Source: Eledone cirrhosa (lineage: Eukaryota). Taken from it: a DNA stretch of 64,000 nt. Shown here piece after piece: positions 1 to 14,926 of this stretch (within the stretch, counting starts at the first letter, position 1; each line of letters starts with the position of its first letter). Where the stretch lies: the NCBI GenBank assembly GCA_964016885.1, contig OZ024751.1, forward strand, positions 9,052,001 to 9,116,000, given 5' to 3'. The notes beneath the pieces were generated by a model that searched no databases, was not told where the DNA came from, and saw only the letters and a list, made by a program, of their open reading frames with translations. The position numbers and the translations under genes are program-made.

Positions 1-740
1 AGTCCAGTTATGGTACTCCGGGTAGTGGATGATAACAACGCTTGGCTAAGTTTGACTCAACAAGGCGTTTCCATAGTGATGCTGCGAGTACGCTGTAATT
101 CCTATGTTGTAAACACTTGGAGTAATAATAAATCGGGAAAGAAGAGTGAAACGGTTTGCTATACAAAAAAGGTTTTTAATCTCATTGCTGACAATTGTTT
201 CTCTGAACTGGTAGGTTTAGAGATCGCTATCCGCTTATTTTCACGTTACTCGATCGCCAATACAAAGTTATAACCAGTCAGTTCATCGGAGCTTGCGAGA
301 ATGAAGAGAATATACAGGCATGGAAAGAATATACAGGCTACTATATGCAGAAGTAATGGCATTCAGTTAGAACAATAACAACAATATCAACAATGCTACC
401 AATAAATTATTCGAAATAATCACATCAATCTAGGTGGGAAGTATAGTATGTCTAAGATTTTAGCGTGTAAAACTAGCTGACATGAGGCAGCTGTATAAAA
501 TTGACATGCATATAGTAGCCTGCATATAGTAGCCTGTATATTCTTTCCATGCCTGTATATTCTCTTCATTCTCGCAAGCTCCGATGAACTGCCTGGTTAT
601 AACTTTGAATTTTGCGATCGAGTAACGTGAAAATAAGCGGATAGCGATCTCTAGACCTACCAGTTCAGAGAAACAATTGTCACCAATGAAATTAAAAACC
701 TTTTTTGTATAGCAAACCGTGTCACTCTTCTTTCCTGATT

Positions 741-747
<7 letters not shown>
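1..747. mobile_element. Fold-back PLE-type pseudo-LTR remnant: inverted arms ~123-350 / 520-747, long arm runs off the window's left edge
   Basis: 123-350 is the reverse complement of 520-747 with few mismatches; right arm ends in (TA)n; both arms carry an HHR-like motif. Confidence 0.7.
187..292 (-). ncRNA. Hammerhead-like motif (variant core CCGAUGA, extended stem II); mirror copy at 578-684 (+)
   Basis: GCT-CCGATGA-ACTGACTGGT...ACCAGTTCAGA-GAAAC-AATT-GTC-AGC: stem I GCT/AGC, palindromic stem III ACAATTGT, GUC triplet. Confidence 0.55.
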
Positions 748-792
<45 letters not shown>

Positions 793-797
<5 letters not shown>

Positions 798-983
798 GAA
801 GAGCTTCTACAGGATTAGAACTGTTTCATTTGTGAGAAATCATCAGGAGATTCCTGATCATTTCTCACGAATGAACCAGTTCTAGTCCTGTAGAAGCTCT
901 TCTATATTAAAACATTTAGACACTGCTATGTATTGAGTACCTTACTTACTGTGGTTACATCCGATTCAACCCGGAATAACTTA
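793..983 (+). mobile_element. Fold-back pLTR fragment, same family as 12844-12948 and 38371-39195
   Basis: 793-848 inverted against 852-907, then a 3' tail (TATTGAGTACCTTACTTACTGTG...CCCGGAATAACTTA) into (TA)n; contains CTGATGA...GAAACAG on the minus arm. Confidence 0.75.
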
Positions 984-2872
984 TAATATATATGTATATA
1001 TATTTATATATATATATACGCCAGGATTAATACTACAGATTATGAAGCTCAAGGTGACATTTTAACGAAGAAAGAAATCTATGATGCAGCTTCAATTTGA
1101 GGTTTTATCTATCACACTTCATTTATGTATTTAATATATAAATAATAATTGTATATAAGTAATACATTCAATTTTGCGTCTTTCATTGAATTCAATACAG
1201 CTAATTATGTTTTGATGTATACGTCTTGTTATGAGATATTAATCAATCGCATGTAAGTATTAGATATTAGTTAGATAAATAAACAGGGTTAGATTTATTC
1301 CTAAATGCAAGAAATGTTATATCTCAGCATGTATTCACTTAAATGTTTCAGAGAATACTTGTACCTGGTGTGAACAAGTTTAAAATGCATATATTTTATA
1401 TTAAGTATGACATTTGGTGCAACTGAAATCTACTCTAGTTTATGATGCGGGTATGTAATGGGTCAGAAATTTATTTCATTTCCTATGGATATTTAATTTC
1501 CTCACCTGGTTTATAGCCTCTCGTTAGAACCAAGCATTCATGAACAGACCCCTCAAAGAAACCATACCACCTAGAAATATTGACAGCAAATATTTGATTT
1601 CGATCTCGATATTATTGTAACAGTCGTTCTATTGCCTTCTCAGAAGGTTTATTTCTTTTTTTTTACTTTTTGCAATCAAGAAGAACAAGAACAACAGTCC
1701 GAAATATTGAATAAACTTGCTCGTAACTATTCTTCTCAAGGTCAAACAAATATTACAATAACGTGAAATCCTCGTTTTCTATGGTTGTTGATTTATTTTG
1801 TTCCCGATATTTTTCTCAGATATTTTTGAAGCTGACACAGTACCTTATTTCCTCAGTTTGCCCTGAATAAAGATTACTCTGAATCTATGATTATTCTCTT
1901 CCTTGTTGATGATGAAAATCCTCATAAAAACAACTTCAATATATTTCATACAAGCGCAGAGATGTTTCAAAGATTTTAGAGAGCATACACACATAATATA
2001 TTCGTATTTTGAATGACAACGAATACGTTGATTGTATTATATGAAACTTTGCTACGATTAACAGAACAAAGACGAAAAACGTGCAGATATACAATTCCTA
2101 AGATTCTAACTCGTGTTGAACAAAATATTCAACCTTAGATGATGAAATATTGCTAAATGAGGAAAAAAGGCCAAACATTTGGTTGGTGAATGAGAGTATG
2201 GCGTGGGCACGAATAGGAAACCATTAGGCTACTTCGTAAAACTGATGAAACGTATATTTCGATTTTCTCTTTGAACGTCAGCAATGAATATCGATAAGCT
2301 AGTATTGTCCTTTAGAATTCAAAGTGTGGTATTCAGATCGCTGATATTGATTAGACATGTTGAGCAAAGATAAATATTCCTTCCTACGAGAAGGATAGAG
2401 GGAGAATTGAGAGCTCTATGCGATTATGCAACTTATATAGCTTATAACACTTTAGCAGGAGCATAAAAATTGCAAGGGGCGTAAAGCAGTTTCAGCTGCG
2501 ATTGGAAAGTGTTGGGTAAACCCAAATCACCGAGATAATCAGAAGCTTTGCATTGCTCTTACTTGTATAAGGAATTGTATAGGGATATTATCTGCAGAAA
2601 TGAATGGAATTGAACCTAACACTTTTCCTGTTTGAAAGGTTCTTAACAATGGCATAAACGTAGCTTATAAATACTCTTAGAAGCGAAACATGTTGAAATA
2701 AAATGTTCCGTGAAAACTATTAATACAATCCTGATTGTACTCTGTATTGGCTTAAAAGTGAGCATCACCCGAACTATATAATTTTGTAGAACGTCTATGA
2801 AAAAATTAGCAGCTAGATAGAAATACATAGAATAGAGCCAGGGAAAGACACACGCATACACTGGCACATAGA

Positions 2873-2876
<4 letters not shown>

Positions 2877-2933
<57 letters not shown>

Positions 2934-3088
2934 GCACTGGCATTCATACAGTGAGACACACAAACATACACGTACACGGATTCACGTCCACACAAGCATA
3001 TAAACAAATATATGTGTATATATATATATATATATTTGAATATATATGTGTATATGTAAATATATTTATGTATATGCGTGTGTTTGTG

Positions 3089-3139
<51 letters not shown>
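2877..3139. repeat. (CA)n and (TA)n microsatellites
   Basis: Direct reading. Confidence 0.95.
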
Positions 3140-3141
<2 letters not shown>

Positions 3142-4647
3142 ACTAACAAAATAAAGCAATACATATTTTATGAGGAATGTTTTATTTTCCAATTAAGATT
3201 GAAATTAAGAATTATATTCTTAAGGTGAAAAATAATGAATCTTAAATATGTTTTTAGGTAATATTATATTATTTTTCAAAATTTCTCACTTCGGATTTGT
3301 ACCTCTTTAAGAAACCATTACAGCCGAACATTAACTGATTTCAATGACGATAATAGAAGTTGCTACCTTAATCTTCTTGGAGGAATTTTGATTTCGTTTA
3401 GATTTCTTTTTGTTTTTTTCTGTTATGTTTGTGTTTGATTTTCCATTGTTATATTTCTCAGTGATTTAATCTTGCCTTTCTTTTTTACACGTAATCTGTA
3501 ACTCGGAGCAACGCCATGCATTAAACGGCATCTTTTCTTTCGGGGAAATGTACACTGCTCTTCTTTCTCTAGCTTAAGGCAACATTTTGCATTAAAGAAA
3601 ATACTTTAAGGAAAGAAAATAAACGATTTGTTCCACTCCTCGAATCTGATTTAAATTTTTCTATTTATTTTTGTCATTATGCACATAAATCTCTTCATTT
3701 TCTGTTTGTTTTGTGCCTTCTTCATACAGGGGCTTCTATATAATCTCTGTCTCAGCTAAATACTATGCACAAGTGTAATTAAAATGCAAAAAGTACATTC
3801 ACCAGCAATCACGAACAAATCAAATGAAAGCTAAAAAAAAAAGGTAGTAGCTAATTTCAATCTCTCGTTTTTAAGTAATTCCTATAGACAGATTTATGTG
3901 TGGCAATTAGACCGTCATGAAAGACAGGGAACCATAAAACAAAATATATTCCAATAATAAAGAAGAACGTAAGTTGATATAAAAATAAAATGTAAAATTG
4001 TAGACGAGGTAAAACGTTGCGTCCTTGTTACTAACGTTGCAGCTTAACAATTATTCTCTAATGAACTCCGTTTTAAGCGGCGAATTTGATTTGGAAAGAA
4101 AACATCACAAAAATACGGTCAAACAATTTTGAATTGAATCCGTTGTAGCAATATATTTCTAAGTCCTTCTGCAAATGGGTTCTTAAAATAGCTTAAGCGA
4201 AGAAAAGAGTGTCCTGAAGCAAAAATAAAATCAATGCTTCTTATTGCACACAATAATCCAGCAATTATGATTTTAAATTAATGTTGTGTTCGGTGAGTGT
4301 TATTGCTACATAAGGTGTGCTAGACAGCACTGACATAGGTATGAAATGATATTTTTTGTAGTATTTAGCATTTGCGTTATGAGTTCGAAAGATTCGCCTT
4401 CTTTTCAATATTATGGGGCACATGGTATAGATCTACGTCATGTATTTGTATTGATTATGCACAGATTTATTATGGTATGCTATGGTCAGGAAAATCCTGG
4501 GGTGTCATAGGGTCACCATATTCACATAGGGCGTTTCTGGGGCGGAGCCCATCCATCTCCAGGCCTCAGTACAGCAGATTTCTTCAAGAGAAAGATAGAA
4601 AATAAGAAGGAATAAATGAGAAAGAGATATACAGGAAGAATCCACCC

Positions 4648-4788
4648 AGTACTGGACTGGTACTTTTTTATCAACCTCGAAAGGATGAAAGTCAAAGTTG
4701 ACATCGGCGGGATTTGAATTCAGAGTGGCGGAACGCATACCATAAAGCATTGTATCCGACGTTCTAACGACTCTGCTAATTCGCCGAT
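4648..4788 (-). mobile_element. tRNA-derived SINE copy
   Basis: Reverse complement shows the B-box-like TTCAAATCCCGCC and the central CTTTCATCCTTTCGAGGTTGATAAAAAAGTACCAG motif shared with 14743-14926. Confidence 0.8.
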
Positions 4789-5279
4789 TCATTATACACC
4801 TTCCTATAAAATGACTAACAATGTGTGCAACTCTGATATTTTTTGTTTTCTTCCATTAGTTGTGAAAACCAAGTATTTACGATACCAGATGTAAATATCT
4901 TATATAATCCATTATCAAGTAGTATCAATTATAGGTGTCTGTACCCTCATAGGTGAACGTACGAACATAAAGTACATCTACAATCATATAGGACAAAACA
5001 TTAAGAAAATCATCCGAATGTTGATATTCTAAGCCTTATAGAAATAAATAAGCTAAGTGCTAAATGAGTTGATTGATCAACCAACGTTATACTACGAACG
5101 ATCAAATGAATGAACAACTATCATATTAAGTGTAATTTATATGTTATAATCAAATAAGTTAAGAGAACAACCCATCCTGGTAATTTTCATGAAACTGAGA
5201 TGATACAATATACATATATAAAGCCGATATCTACAAACGTACACTACTCTTTAAAATCTAAATTAATCTCCCGAATGTT

Positions 5280-5421
<142 letters not shown>

Positions 5422-6073
5422 CAAAGTACGGTTCTAATCCAGTTCTAATATAATAAACTGATAGTCAATTTCAGGTAAGAGCTTGCATATAAAACAAACG
5501 AAATTACTCACTGCATTCGAAAACCATTATCTCAAGCAATTATGGATAAGGTAAATATAATATACCTACCACGCAATGAAAGCACACACCAATGGCTGTG
5601 GCAGAGAAAATCATTATATCAAAGTAACCATTTTGTCTCTCAGAAATAATCTGCAAATATTGAATAATAATAGGAAGAACATTGCGATTATATCGATGCA
5701 GACCTGCAATGCAAAGTCATGCAAAGAATATTAGTAGAGAATAGGCTTCTATGAGCAGTTCAGTGGACAAATGTACAGGTCGACAAGAGAGAATAATTAA
5801 AATACCAATCACTTAAAGCGTCTATGGTTAGTTGTATGAACAATTTTACGGATCTACATGAGGAACTAAATAAAGCAGTAATCACTTAAAGCGACTCTAC
5901 TAAAAGCAACCCGGCCTGATATCATAAGCAGAAGATCGATATTCAGAAACGAAAATAAGCAACAACAAATATATAGATATATTTATGTAGAGTGTCTCAG
6001 GAAAGATTGCTTCGAAGACTTCGTATATTTCATTCTCCTAAAATCTGAGAGATCGACATCAGAAATAGGATCT

Positions 6074-6391
6074 CCGACGCTTTCATCAGTTTATCTTTGC
6101 TACATCTATGAACTCCTTCTGTAGAACCTTGCAAAAATCTTGGGCTGGTAGCCCCATCATAACACACAATAATGTCTACTAAATATTGCATGATGATATC
6201 TCTACACTTAAGCTTTTTCCATTAACTTATGTCCCGACGCTTTCGTCAATTTATCTTTGCCACATCTATGAACTCCTTCTGTATAAAATCTTGGAGAAAT
6301 CTAGGGAAGGTAGCCCTAATAGAACATACAATACTGTCTACTAGATTTTGCATGGAGATATCTCTACACTAAAACTCTGTCCATTACCTTA
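6074..6391. repeat. Diverged tandem duplication, ~160-bp unit x2
   Basis: CCGACGCTTTC...TCCATTA(A/C)CTTAT at 6074-6230 and 6234-6391. Confidence 0.85.
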
Positions 6392-7124
6392 TCAAATCAG
6401 TACATCTATCCCATGTAATTATTTATTGACACACACTTTAATAATAAATCATTCACTCTAGAAAATATTTTCATTTGTTTCAATCTTAATAAAAATGAAT
6501 ATAACAACAGTGTCCAACCCAAATTCCATAATAGAAAAGCCAATAAAGCAAAATAAAAAAAAAAACTATATATATATTCATGTATATATTCATTTCCTCG
6601 CTGATTGATTTAGTGTTGGTTTTAATATTTTCTTTGTATGTTTAAAAATATTCATGTTTCAAAACTTGGTTTTTTAGCAATAAATAAGAGAAAAGGAAAA
6701 AACGCTCAGTTGTTGTCATTCGATATTTATAGTGCAAGAGAACAAAAACAAACTGATAGAATTGTAGTAGATAGTTATTGTTTTAGTGATTATTTAGTTA
6801 ACGCTGTCCTCGTTGATATCTGGTTTGCCATTGCTGAAATATAATTTTATTTATCTGTTACTGTTCATCTTTATTGTCTTCCTTGCTGTAGTAACGTATA
6901 AATGTTTGTCTTTATAATATTATTATTTCTTAACGTTTTCTTTTTGCTTTTCACATAGTTAATATATTCATTCTTCTAAAATTATTAATAAATGGCATAA
7001 AATGTTGTGAATAGACCTAGAATTACCTGCTCCTAATAATGTAGAATAATATCTTGATAGGTACAACAATGACACTACGATAGATGAGTATTCAGGCAGA
7101 GCCGTAACTTAAATTCATTGTTGC

Positions 7125-7227
7125 AGACACACACACACACACGCACACGCATACACACAGACACACGCGCACAGAAAACTACACACATAAATACTTACAC
7201 CCACATACATGTGTATGTGTGTATGTA

Positions 7228-7300
<73 letters not shown>

Positions 7301-7323
7301 ATATGTGTGTGCATATATTTATG

Positions 7324-7395
<72 letters not shown>

Positions 7396-7489
7396 CATAT
7401 ATGTGTGTGTGTATATATATATGCATATATATATATACATACTTATATATATATATATGTATATATACATATATATATATGTGTGTGTT

Positions 7490-7531
<42 letters not shown>

Positions 7532-7562
7532 TATATATATACATACTTATATATGTATATGC

Positions 7563-7603
<41 letters not shown>

Positions 7604-8097
7604 CATACATTCATAGATTCATAAATATGCATTATGTATATGTGATTCTAAGGCAGTTAACGATTATAATACAGAAAGTATTTATAACACTCTCGCTCTT
7701 AGGTTTACAGCAGATTCATGTTTGGATGGTAGAGAAAGACAATAAACATAAAAAGATATTCTAAACTTACGATTCTCCATCTAGCAGGCAATGATACGTC
7801 CCTATATTTGACGACTTATCTTTAATGGCATATACCTCTTCAATAAAGTTGTTATATTTCACAAACTCACGGGCCTCAAACATTTTGTCTTTCTTTACAC
7901 CTTTTATTCAGAGCGAGCTCGTGGTAAACGTTTAACGCCGCTTCTATCGCACATCAATGTATTCCCTACCCATGTATAATCTGATTGGATTTACGTGAAT
8001 GAATATTTGCATATGAGTGTATACACTTCCCTATACGAGCAGGCATATATATATTTATATATATGTACAGATATATACATGTATAGTTATATATATG

Positions 8098-8128
<31 letters not shown>

Positions 8129-8172
8129 ATGGAAAAAGAGAGAAAGAGGGAGACAGACAGAGACAGGTAGAC

Positions 8173-8207
<35 letters not shown>

Positions 8208-8258
8208 CATATATACATATATATACATACATGCATATATATATATATATATATATAT

Positions 8259-8299
<41 letters not shown>

Positions 8300-8319
8300 C
8301 CTATATATATATATATATT

Positions 8320-8359
<40 letters not shown>

Positions 8360-8429
8360 CCTATATATATATATATATATTTATATACATATATATATAT
8401 GCATTATATATATACATACATATATATAC

Positions 8430-8474
<45 letters not shown>

Positions 8475-8475
8475 C

Positions 8476-8507
<32 letters not shown>

Positions 8508-8515
8508 CCATATAT

Positions 8516-8551
<36 letters not shown>

Positions 8552-8553
8552 AT

Positions 8554-8614
<61 letters not shown>

Positions 8615-8632
8615 GGCTGTAAGTGTATTTGT
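7125..8632. repeat. Compound (CA)/(TA)/(TG) microsatellite blocks (7125-7602, 8045-8632)
   Basis: Direct reading; source of the YI-repeat pseudo-ORFs. Confidence 0.9.
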
Positions 8633-11228
8633 GTGTGTGTATTAATTTGACCAATTTTCTATCTAACATCAACGTGGCTTTTGACTCAATTCTGACAGGC
8701 CTGAAGGCTGAAGATTAGACACTGCTATCCATTGGATTGATTATTCAACTTGATGCTTGTGATTGTAAAGCACGTCACAATATCAGATATATTGCAATTT
8801 TTCATCTACACAAGAGATATGCAAATATCTACCACAATGCAGTTCTGAAGATTTCATTGTTGTGATAATTATCACTAACTGCCAAGATTGAGTTCATGCT
8901 ATATGAAGGCAATATCTATCCGTCGTGGCTTTAAATCTCGCACATAGAATGTACAATTATTTTTCCCTTCCAAAATTACTTAGAGATGATTGAATAAACG
9001 TATTTGATAACCTTACGTTGCATGTTCAGGTTTTCCAATTAATCTAAGAAATTTGTATCTCTTCTGACAATCATTAAATTTATTCGCTGTTTCTAACATT
9101 TACTGAACTTTAGCCATCATTATTTTATATCTAAATACATTAAGCTTTCTTGGGAGGACATTTCACTAGACATCATCTTCGTCTTTTCCAACTTGCAGTA
9201 CTCTGAACAATCAGTTTTGCTACTTTTATAATCGTAGACAGATCATCATTGAAGTTGAAACAATTGTTCGGATTAGCGCTCAATGTCATTTGTCTGCCAG
9301 GGAGCTTCTCAGCCATTGTGTTATCGTGCACCGTAGGACGAAAAAGCTTATTGCAACTAATCAGAATATGTCCATGAAGAAACGGTTACTGCTCGGTTGC
9401 ATGAGATGGTATATATAGTAGGCAAACATCCCTCAAACCACTTCTCCTGGTTTGATAAAAAGACCATATTGGAGTTGATAAATATGTGTCGATTTTCTGA
9501 AATATACTTTCACGCTTGTAACGCATCAGAAAAATATCAGATTTGTTTTCATATTATTATCTGCACCCTTTTTTTCTTTCAAGGAGTTTTACTTTTTACT
9601 GATAGTAACTTTATGATATTCATAGATCATGGCTAAGCATGGCTTATATGCTGCAGGCTTCCCCTCCCTCCCAGCTCGTGCCGGTGGGCTAGACAGAGGA
9701 GATGGCAAAAGGCAGGCCAGCCGGCATGACCATCTTCCTGTTCGGAGGTGATAAACCCCTCATCTGGGCTGCAACATACAGTGGTACTTTCTCCGGTGGT
9801 AACTTGCTCCAGTCTACGATTAATCCTGGCTCAACCACATACCAAACCACCACAATCGGCATGGTGTGTCTCGCGAACTGTAATGTCTCTTCTAACGCGT
9901 CTCCCCATCATCATTCGGAAAAGACGTCTAGTTTGTCCGCCGAGGCGTGAGAGAGACGGAGGCAGTTAGTGAAAGGGTAAGAAAAATCAACGCACACACA
10001 CAATTGATAAGACAAAGATAGATGTTATATACAGTAAATCATTGGCATATTTAATTAGTTTGGATTTCTTTCGCTATTAAGCCCCGGCTCTTGACCATTT
10101 CACTTAAATAAGACTTAACAATTTAACCTTTGTTTTTCTATGTGTATTCTTTCCAGTTTCCTTTCTCAATAGTTTTATGAAAATCTGCGTTTACTAGAAT
10201 CAATCTTGGTTTTCCTCTACACATCAATTGATAATGAACGTCATTCTGTTTATTGATATTCAGCACGTGTGATTCCATAAATATAATTCTTTGCAGGAGT
10301 TTGGACTATGTTCCATCATATTGGATCTCTCTATTGTTTTATTGTGCTACATCACCAGAGAATATGTTTGTTACGTCTCTTTCATACAGTCATCTATGTG
10401 TATGTCACTAGACTTCATATTTAACACAATCGTATTCTGTGTTACACTATGAAGACTACGTAGAAAGAGTGAAGTATTGCTGTATAATATAGAATAATCG
10501 ATATTTTATTTCATTTTTCATTCTCACTTTTATTCAAGTCCTGAACATCACAAATATACAGGTTTTGTTTGATATCTGTTTATTGATTTTAATAGAGAGG
10601 AAATTGTCTGAAAGATTATGCAATGTTTATGATAGATGGATTGAGTGGAATGGTAACTTTCAAGTTAAAATCTCCTTCCGTATAAGACTTCAGCTTTGAA
10701 AGCGGATTCCATGGCACATAAATACACCGAGAGAGAAAAAAACGTTCTTTGAAAGTAAAAGTTTTTCACGGGAGTTAGTTGAAAGATTCCTTTTTATATT
10801 ATTTTATTGCATGCTCAAAAACAGTGACGCTTTGAACAGGAATGAGTCTGTTGGAGAGTTATTTAATGGTGTATCAGGGAAATTTATAAAAGTGCGTAGG
10901 AGTCGATTATTTCAAAGAAATGGAACAGAAATCCAGGAAGTAATTTAAAGGCGGACAAAAGATATTAAAAACTAAAACCGAAACTTGAAAGAATTTACCA
11001 AACTACGATTCTTCTTAGAATTACATTGTTGAAAACGAGTTTATTTTTTTACATAAAAGTATAGAACCAGTCACATCGCTATATACAAAGGCTTAGAAGT
11101 ACCACATACAGCGCAGCATTGTAATTTAAGCTTTCTATTTTCGATAGACATGGATGTACGGAAGCTTGCATGTCATTTACTCGAAACTGCATGATGTTAG
11201 TTCAACATGCATATACACATATATACAA

Positions 11229-11267
<39 letters not shown>

Positions 11268-11544
11268 GCATTGAAATTATTGAAAATGACAAATTCATTT
11301 TTGGCAGAACTAATGAATCCCATTGACATATAATGGCCTAGCCTCAGTACGTAATATTCATGAAATATTTCGGCATGGCAATCGAGATGGCTATAGTTAT
11401 ATTACTACTTTGCTATGCATGGGTAAATGTGAAATAGGATACAGTTGTCTAATGTGTCTAGATGTGAGCCTAGTAGAGTAATTTTAGAATCCTGCACAAA
11501 ATTCGGCCTCGAGTTGTAGAAATCCCACTATAGTTTTTTATGAT

Positions 11545-11800
11545 TCTTTTGCTTAAGTTGTTGGACTGCAGTCAGAATGTCGATGGTTCGATTCCTGGAC
11601 CAGGATGTGTGTTGTTTTCTTGAGCTAAGCACTTCTTTTCAGATTGCTCTACTCTACTCAGCTGAAACTGTATACCAGTAATAGCAAGGGGTTTAATTAT
11701 GAGATGGACGAGCATCCTGTCCAAGGGTTGCTTCATATTTTCATCTATTTAACGCCACTGAAACGGGTTTAATAAGATTCTGTGCTTGAGACAGACTTAA
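11545..11800 (+). mobile_element. Degenerate tRNA-derived SINE with CORE-like domain
   Basis: GGTTCGATTCCTGGACCA B-box followed by GTTTTCTTGAGCTAAGCACTT, matching 45680-45800. Confidence 0.6.
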
Positions 11801-12562
11801 GACTTTAGAAGGTATCCTCATCATTTATTATATATATTTTCAAATTATTTTTGAGTGATGTGTGACAAAGTATGTAACTGCTATTTTGTGAGCTTAGTTA
11901 GGTTATGTACAGGGCGATTATGAATGTTATACATATTGAGATTTACATGTATCTTTTTATTTTCCTAAATATTTCAACTTGCTGATCTTTGCTTTATAGA
12001 TTAACAATGTAAGAAGAAATGTTATCCCTTCACGAATGCATCACGTCGTGTTTTTGTCTATATTGATACTAAGACCATCACCTAATATTCGGGTGGGTAG
12101 GCATACTTGTACAGTATATAATATATCAGTCTAAATGATTTGCATGGAATGGATGATTGTAATCAGAAGTTAAGAAATTGTTCTGAATTGTCATGTTTTC
12201 ACAATATTGCCTAATTATAAATTTATAAAATGATCGTATGATGTTTTATAATGTATTTTATTTTATTCTCCTTCGTATGACTTCTATATAAATGTTATTA
12301 AATTTTATAAATGATAAAAATGACGGCAGCCTTTGTTTAATTGTTATTCATAAGATTGCCTCTGATGATTGGCGCGATTGTTAATATGCTCTCGACTATC
12401 GAGGAAACTAATTTACTGGCACATACACAGACCTTCCCCCCACAACAAAGACACAGGCATTCACACACACACACACACACACACGCACATATACATATAT
12501 ATATATACATATAGATATGTATATGTACATATATATATACACACACATATGTATATATACAC

Positions 12563-12759
<197 letters not shown>

Positions 12760-12843
12760 GTATATGTACATATATATATATATATATATCTACACACACA
12801 TGTGTGTATATATATATGTATATATATATATGTATATATAGGT

Positions 12844-12948
12844 AAGTTATTTCGGGTTGAATCTCGGAGGTAACCACAGTAAGTAAGGTACTCAATACAT
12901 AGCAGAGTATAAAAGTTTTATAGAAAGTCCCGTAGAATCTCATCTATA
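12844..12948 (-). mobile_element. pLTR 3' tail of the 793/39059 family with a short inverted piece
   Basis: 12844-12925 is the reverse complement of the 39115-39195 tail; 12927-12948 GTCCCGTAGAATCTCATCTATA is the same family in the opposite orientation; TA on both sides. Confidence 0.7.
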
Positions 12949-12969
12949 TTATATATATATATGTATGTA

Positions 12970-13015
<46 letters not shown>

Positions 13016-14446
13016 ATAGATAGATAAATAGATAGATAAATAGATAGATAGAATGATAGATAGAGAGAGAGAAAGAGGGAATGAGAGAAAGGCGGACTGA
13101 TAGATGGAGATATTAATATACTATATAATATATACTGCATTGTAGTATCAAATCAGAACACAACTCGAAAAGCTTTCGATGCGAGACAATGGGTTATGTT
13201 GTCAATACAAAATAGACGTTGTGTTGGTATGCATGTATATACGTATATGCGTGTGTGTTTCTACATTAGTCTTTGTGTGTACGTATGTATAGAAGTATAA
13301 TGTGATTTGTTACGATAAGTTGATAAGTGAAAAATGTTTGAGATTTATTTAAATGCTATAGCCGACAGTAATACGTTGGTTATTGCCTACATACATATTG
13401 CTGCCATTATATTATTGTTCGTGAATATAGTGAAAGTTTCATTTTAATATTCGATAATGAGAAATGTCATGAGATCTTTGAGTAACCATGTGTTACTTGA
13501 ATGCTCTTTGTGGGTTTGTATATGAAATGCATTTAGCTAGGATTTATATAGGATCTTCAATCGTAGCGTTTCGTTAAAGCATGAGGTATTTAAGGGGAAA
13601 ATTAATTCGACACATTATTGCGAAGGCTAACAAGCAGAAATGCACATTTATATTCCACTTCTATTGTATTTTTTGCTCGCAGCTTTGGTGCACTTGTGAT
13701 CACATTTTCAATTTGTACTGAATTAATAATTGGAATAACCACACAAGATATGATTTATAGATTTTAAATTTTGCACTGTTATCTATTTCTTTATTATGAA
13801 TAAATAAGCTCGTAATTAACAATGAATTAAATGAAAATCGTAATTAACATAGAATTAATTACCTCTTTTGATTCAAGTGTGCAAGAATTGCAGACAGGAA
13901 TCTATAACGATACACGCATTGTGTTTTGTATAATTACCCTTATAAACCAATTGCCAGATACATGTCATATTGACAAATATCTGCATTCTAAGGTTGATAA
14001 GGTTCCCTGAAGACTTGTTTCATTTAACCGTGCCAGTATATAGTAATTCAGTATTTTTATATATAAATATTGGTCAAGTAGGATTAATAATATAGATGTC
14101 TGTTTTGAATTATTGAACGATGGGAAATTGAATACCGTATATGTGAAGACGTAGAATCTTTCATAATGTCTTGAGTTCTAGGAAAAATCTAATTACTATA
14201 TCAGAGAACGGCATGTCTGAATATAGTAAGAAGCTTAAATTATGTTTAACACATAACTATATGAGAGCAAGCAACATATTTTTGCCAATTGTCTAAATTA
14301 AACTTTATAATTCCAGCATAATTTCTGGAACGAATATTTAGAGCTAACCTTTGCCCTGATTTGCACTTCCAATGCACTACATACGTAATGCTAATTCTAA
14401 ATAAATTGAGATTTCACACTTGTGTCCTTAGCTCTTTGATCATATT

Positions 14447-14668
14447 TAATAATTCTAATATTTTGCTATTATTTTGCTCACTCTAATAATTCTAATATTT
14501 TGCTAATATTTTGCTCACCCTAATAATTATAATATTTTGCTAATATTTTGCTCACCCTAATAATTCTAATATTTTGCTAATATTTTGCTCACCCTAATAA
14601 TTATAATATTTTGCTAATATTTTGCTCACCCTAATAATTCTAATATTTTGCTAATATTTTGCTCATCC
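14447..14668. repeat. 37-bp minisatellite, 6 copies
   Basis: Unit TAATAATT(C/A)TAATATTTTGCTAATATTTTGCTCACCC. Confidence 0.92.
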
Positions 14669-14742
14669 CTCAAGATTATTTAAGCTTTTTTTCTCACATT
14701 AAAAATATCAGTACTGGCTGATCTATATTATATATAACCTAG

Positions 14743-14926
14743 GGCGGTAGATTGGCAGTATCGGTAGAGATTCGGACGCCATGCTTTGCAGCATAGTTAC
14801 GGCTCTTTATGATCCGAGTTCAAATCCCGCAGCGGTTAACTGTGCATTTCATCCTTACAGGGTCGATAAAATAAAGTACCAGTAATGTACTGGGTAATTA
14901 CTGGCCTTGTGCCAAAAGTAGAAACA
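14743..14926 (+). mobile_element. Full-length tRNA-derived SINE with 16-bp target-site duplication
   Basis: A-box-like TGGCAGTATCGG, B-box GAGTTCAAATCC, central TTTCATCCTTACAGGGTCGATAAAATAAAGTACCAG, tail GGCCTTGTGCCAAAAGTAGAAAC; ATTATATATAACCTAG at 14727-14742 and 14927-14942. Confidence 0.9.

Noticed and set aside
9495-9536. CTGATG...GAAA on the minus strand as a possible hammerhead
   Set aside because: Core reads CTGATGC; better explained as a simple TTTTCTGA/TCAGAAAA hairpin; no repeat context
9702-9969. GC-richer ORFs of 82 and 73 aa
   Set aside because: No recognisable domain, splice context or second copy
14447-14668. 37-bp repeats as a CRISPR array
   Set aside because: No unique spacers, no cas genes, eukaryotic context
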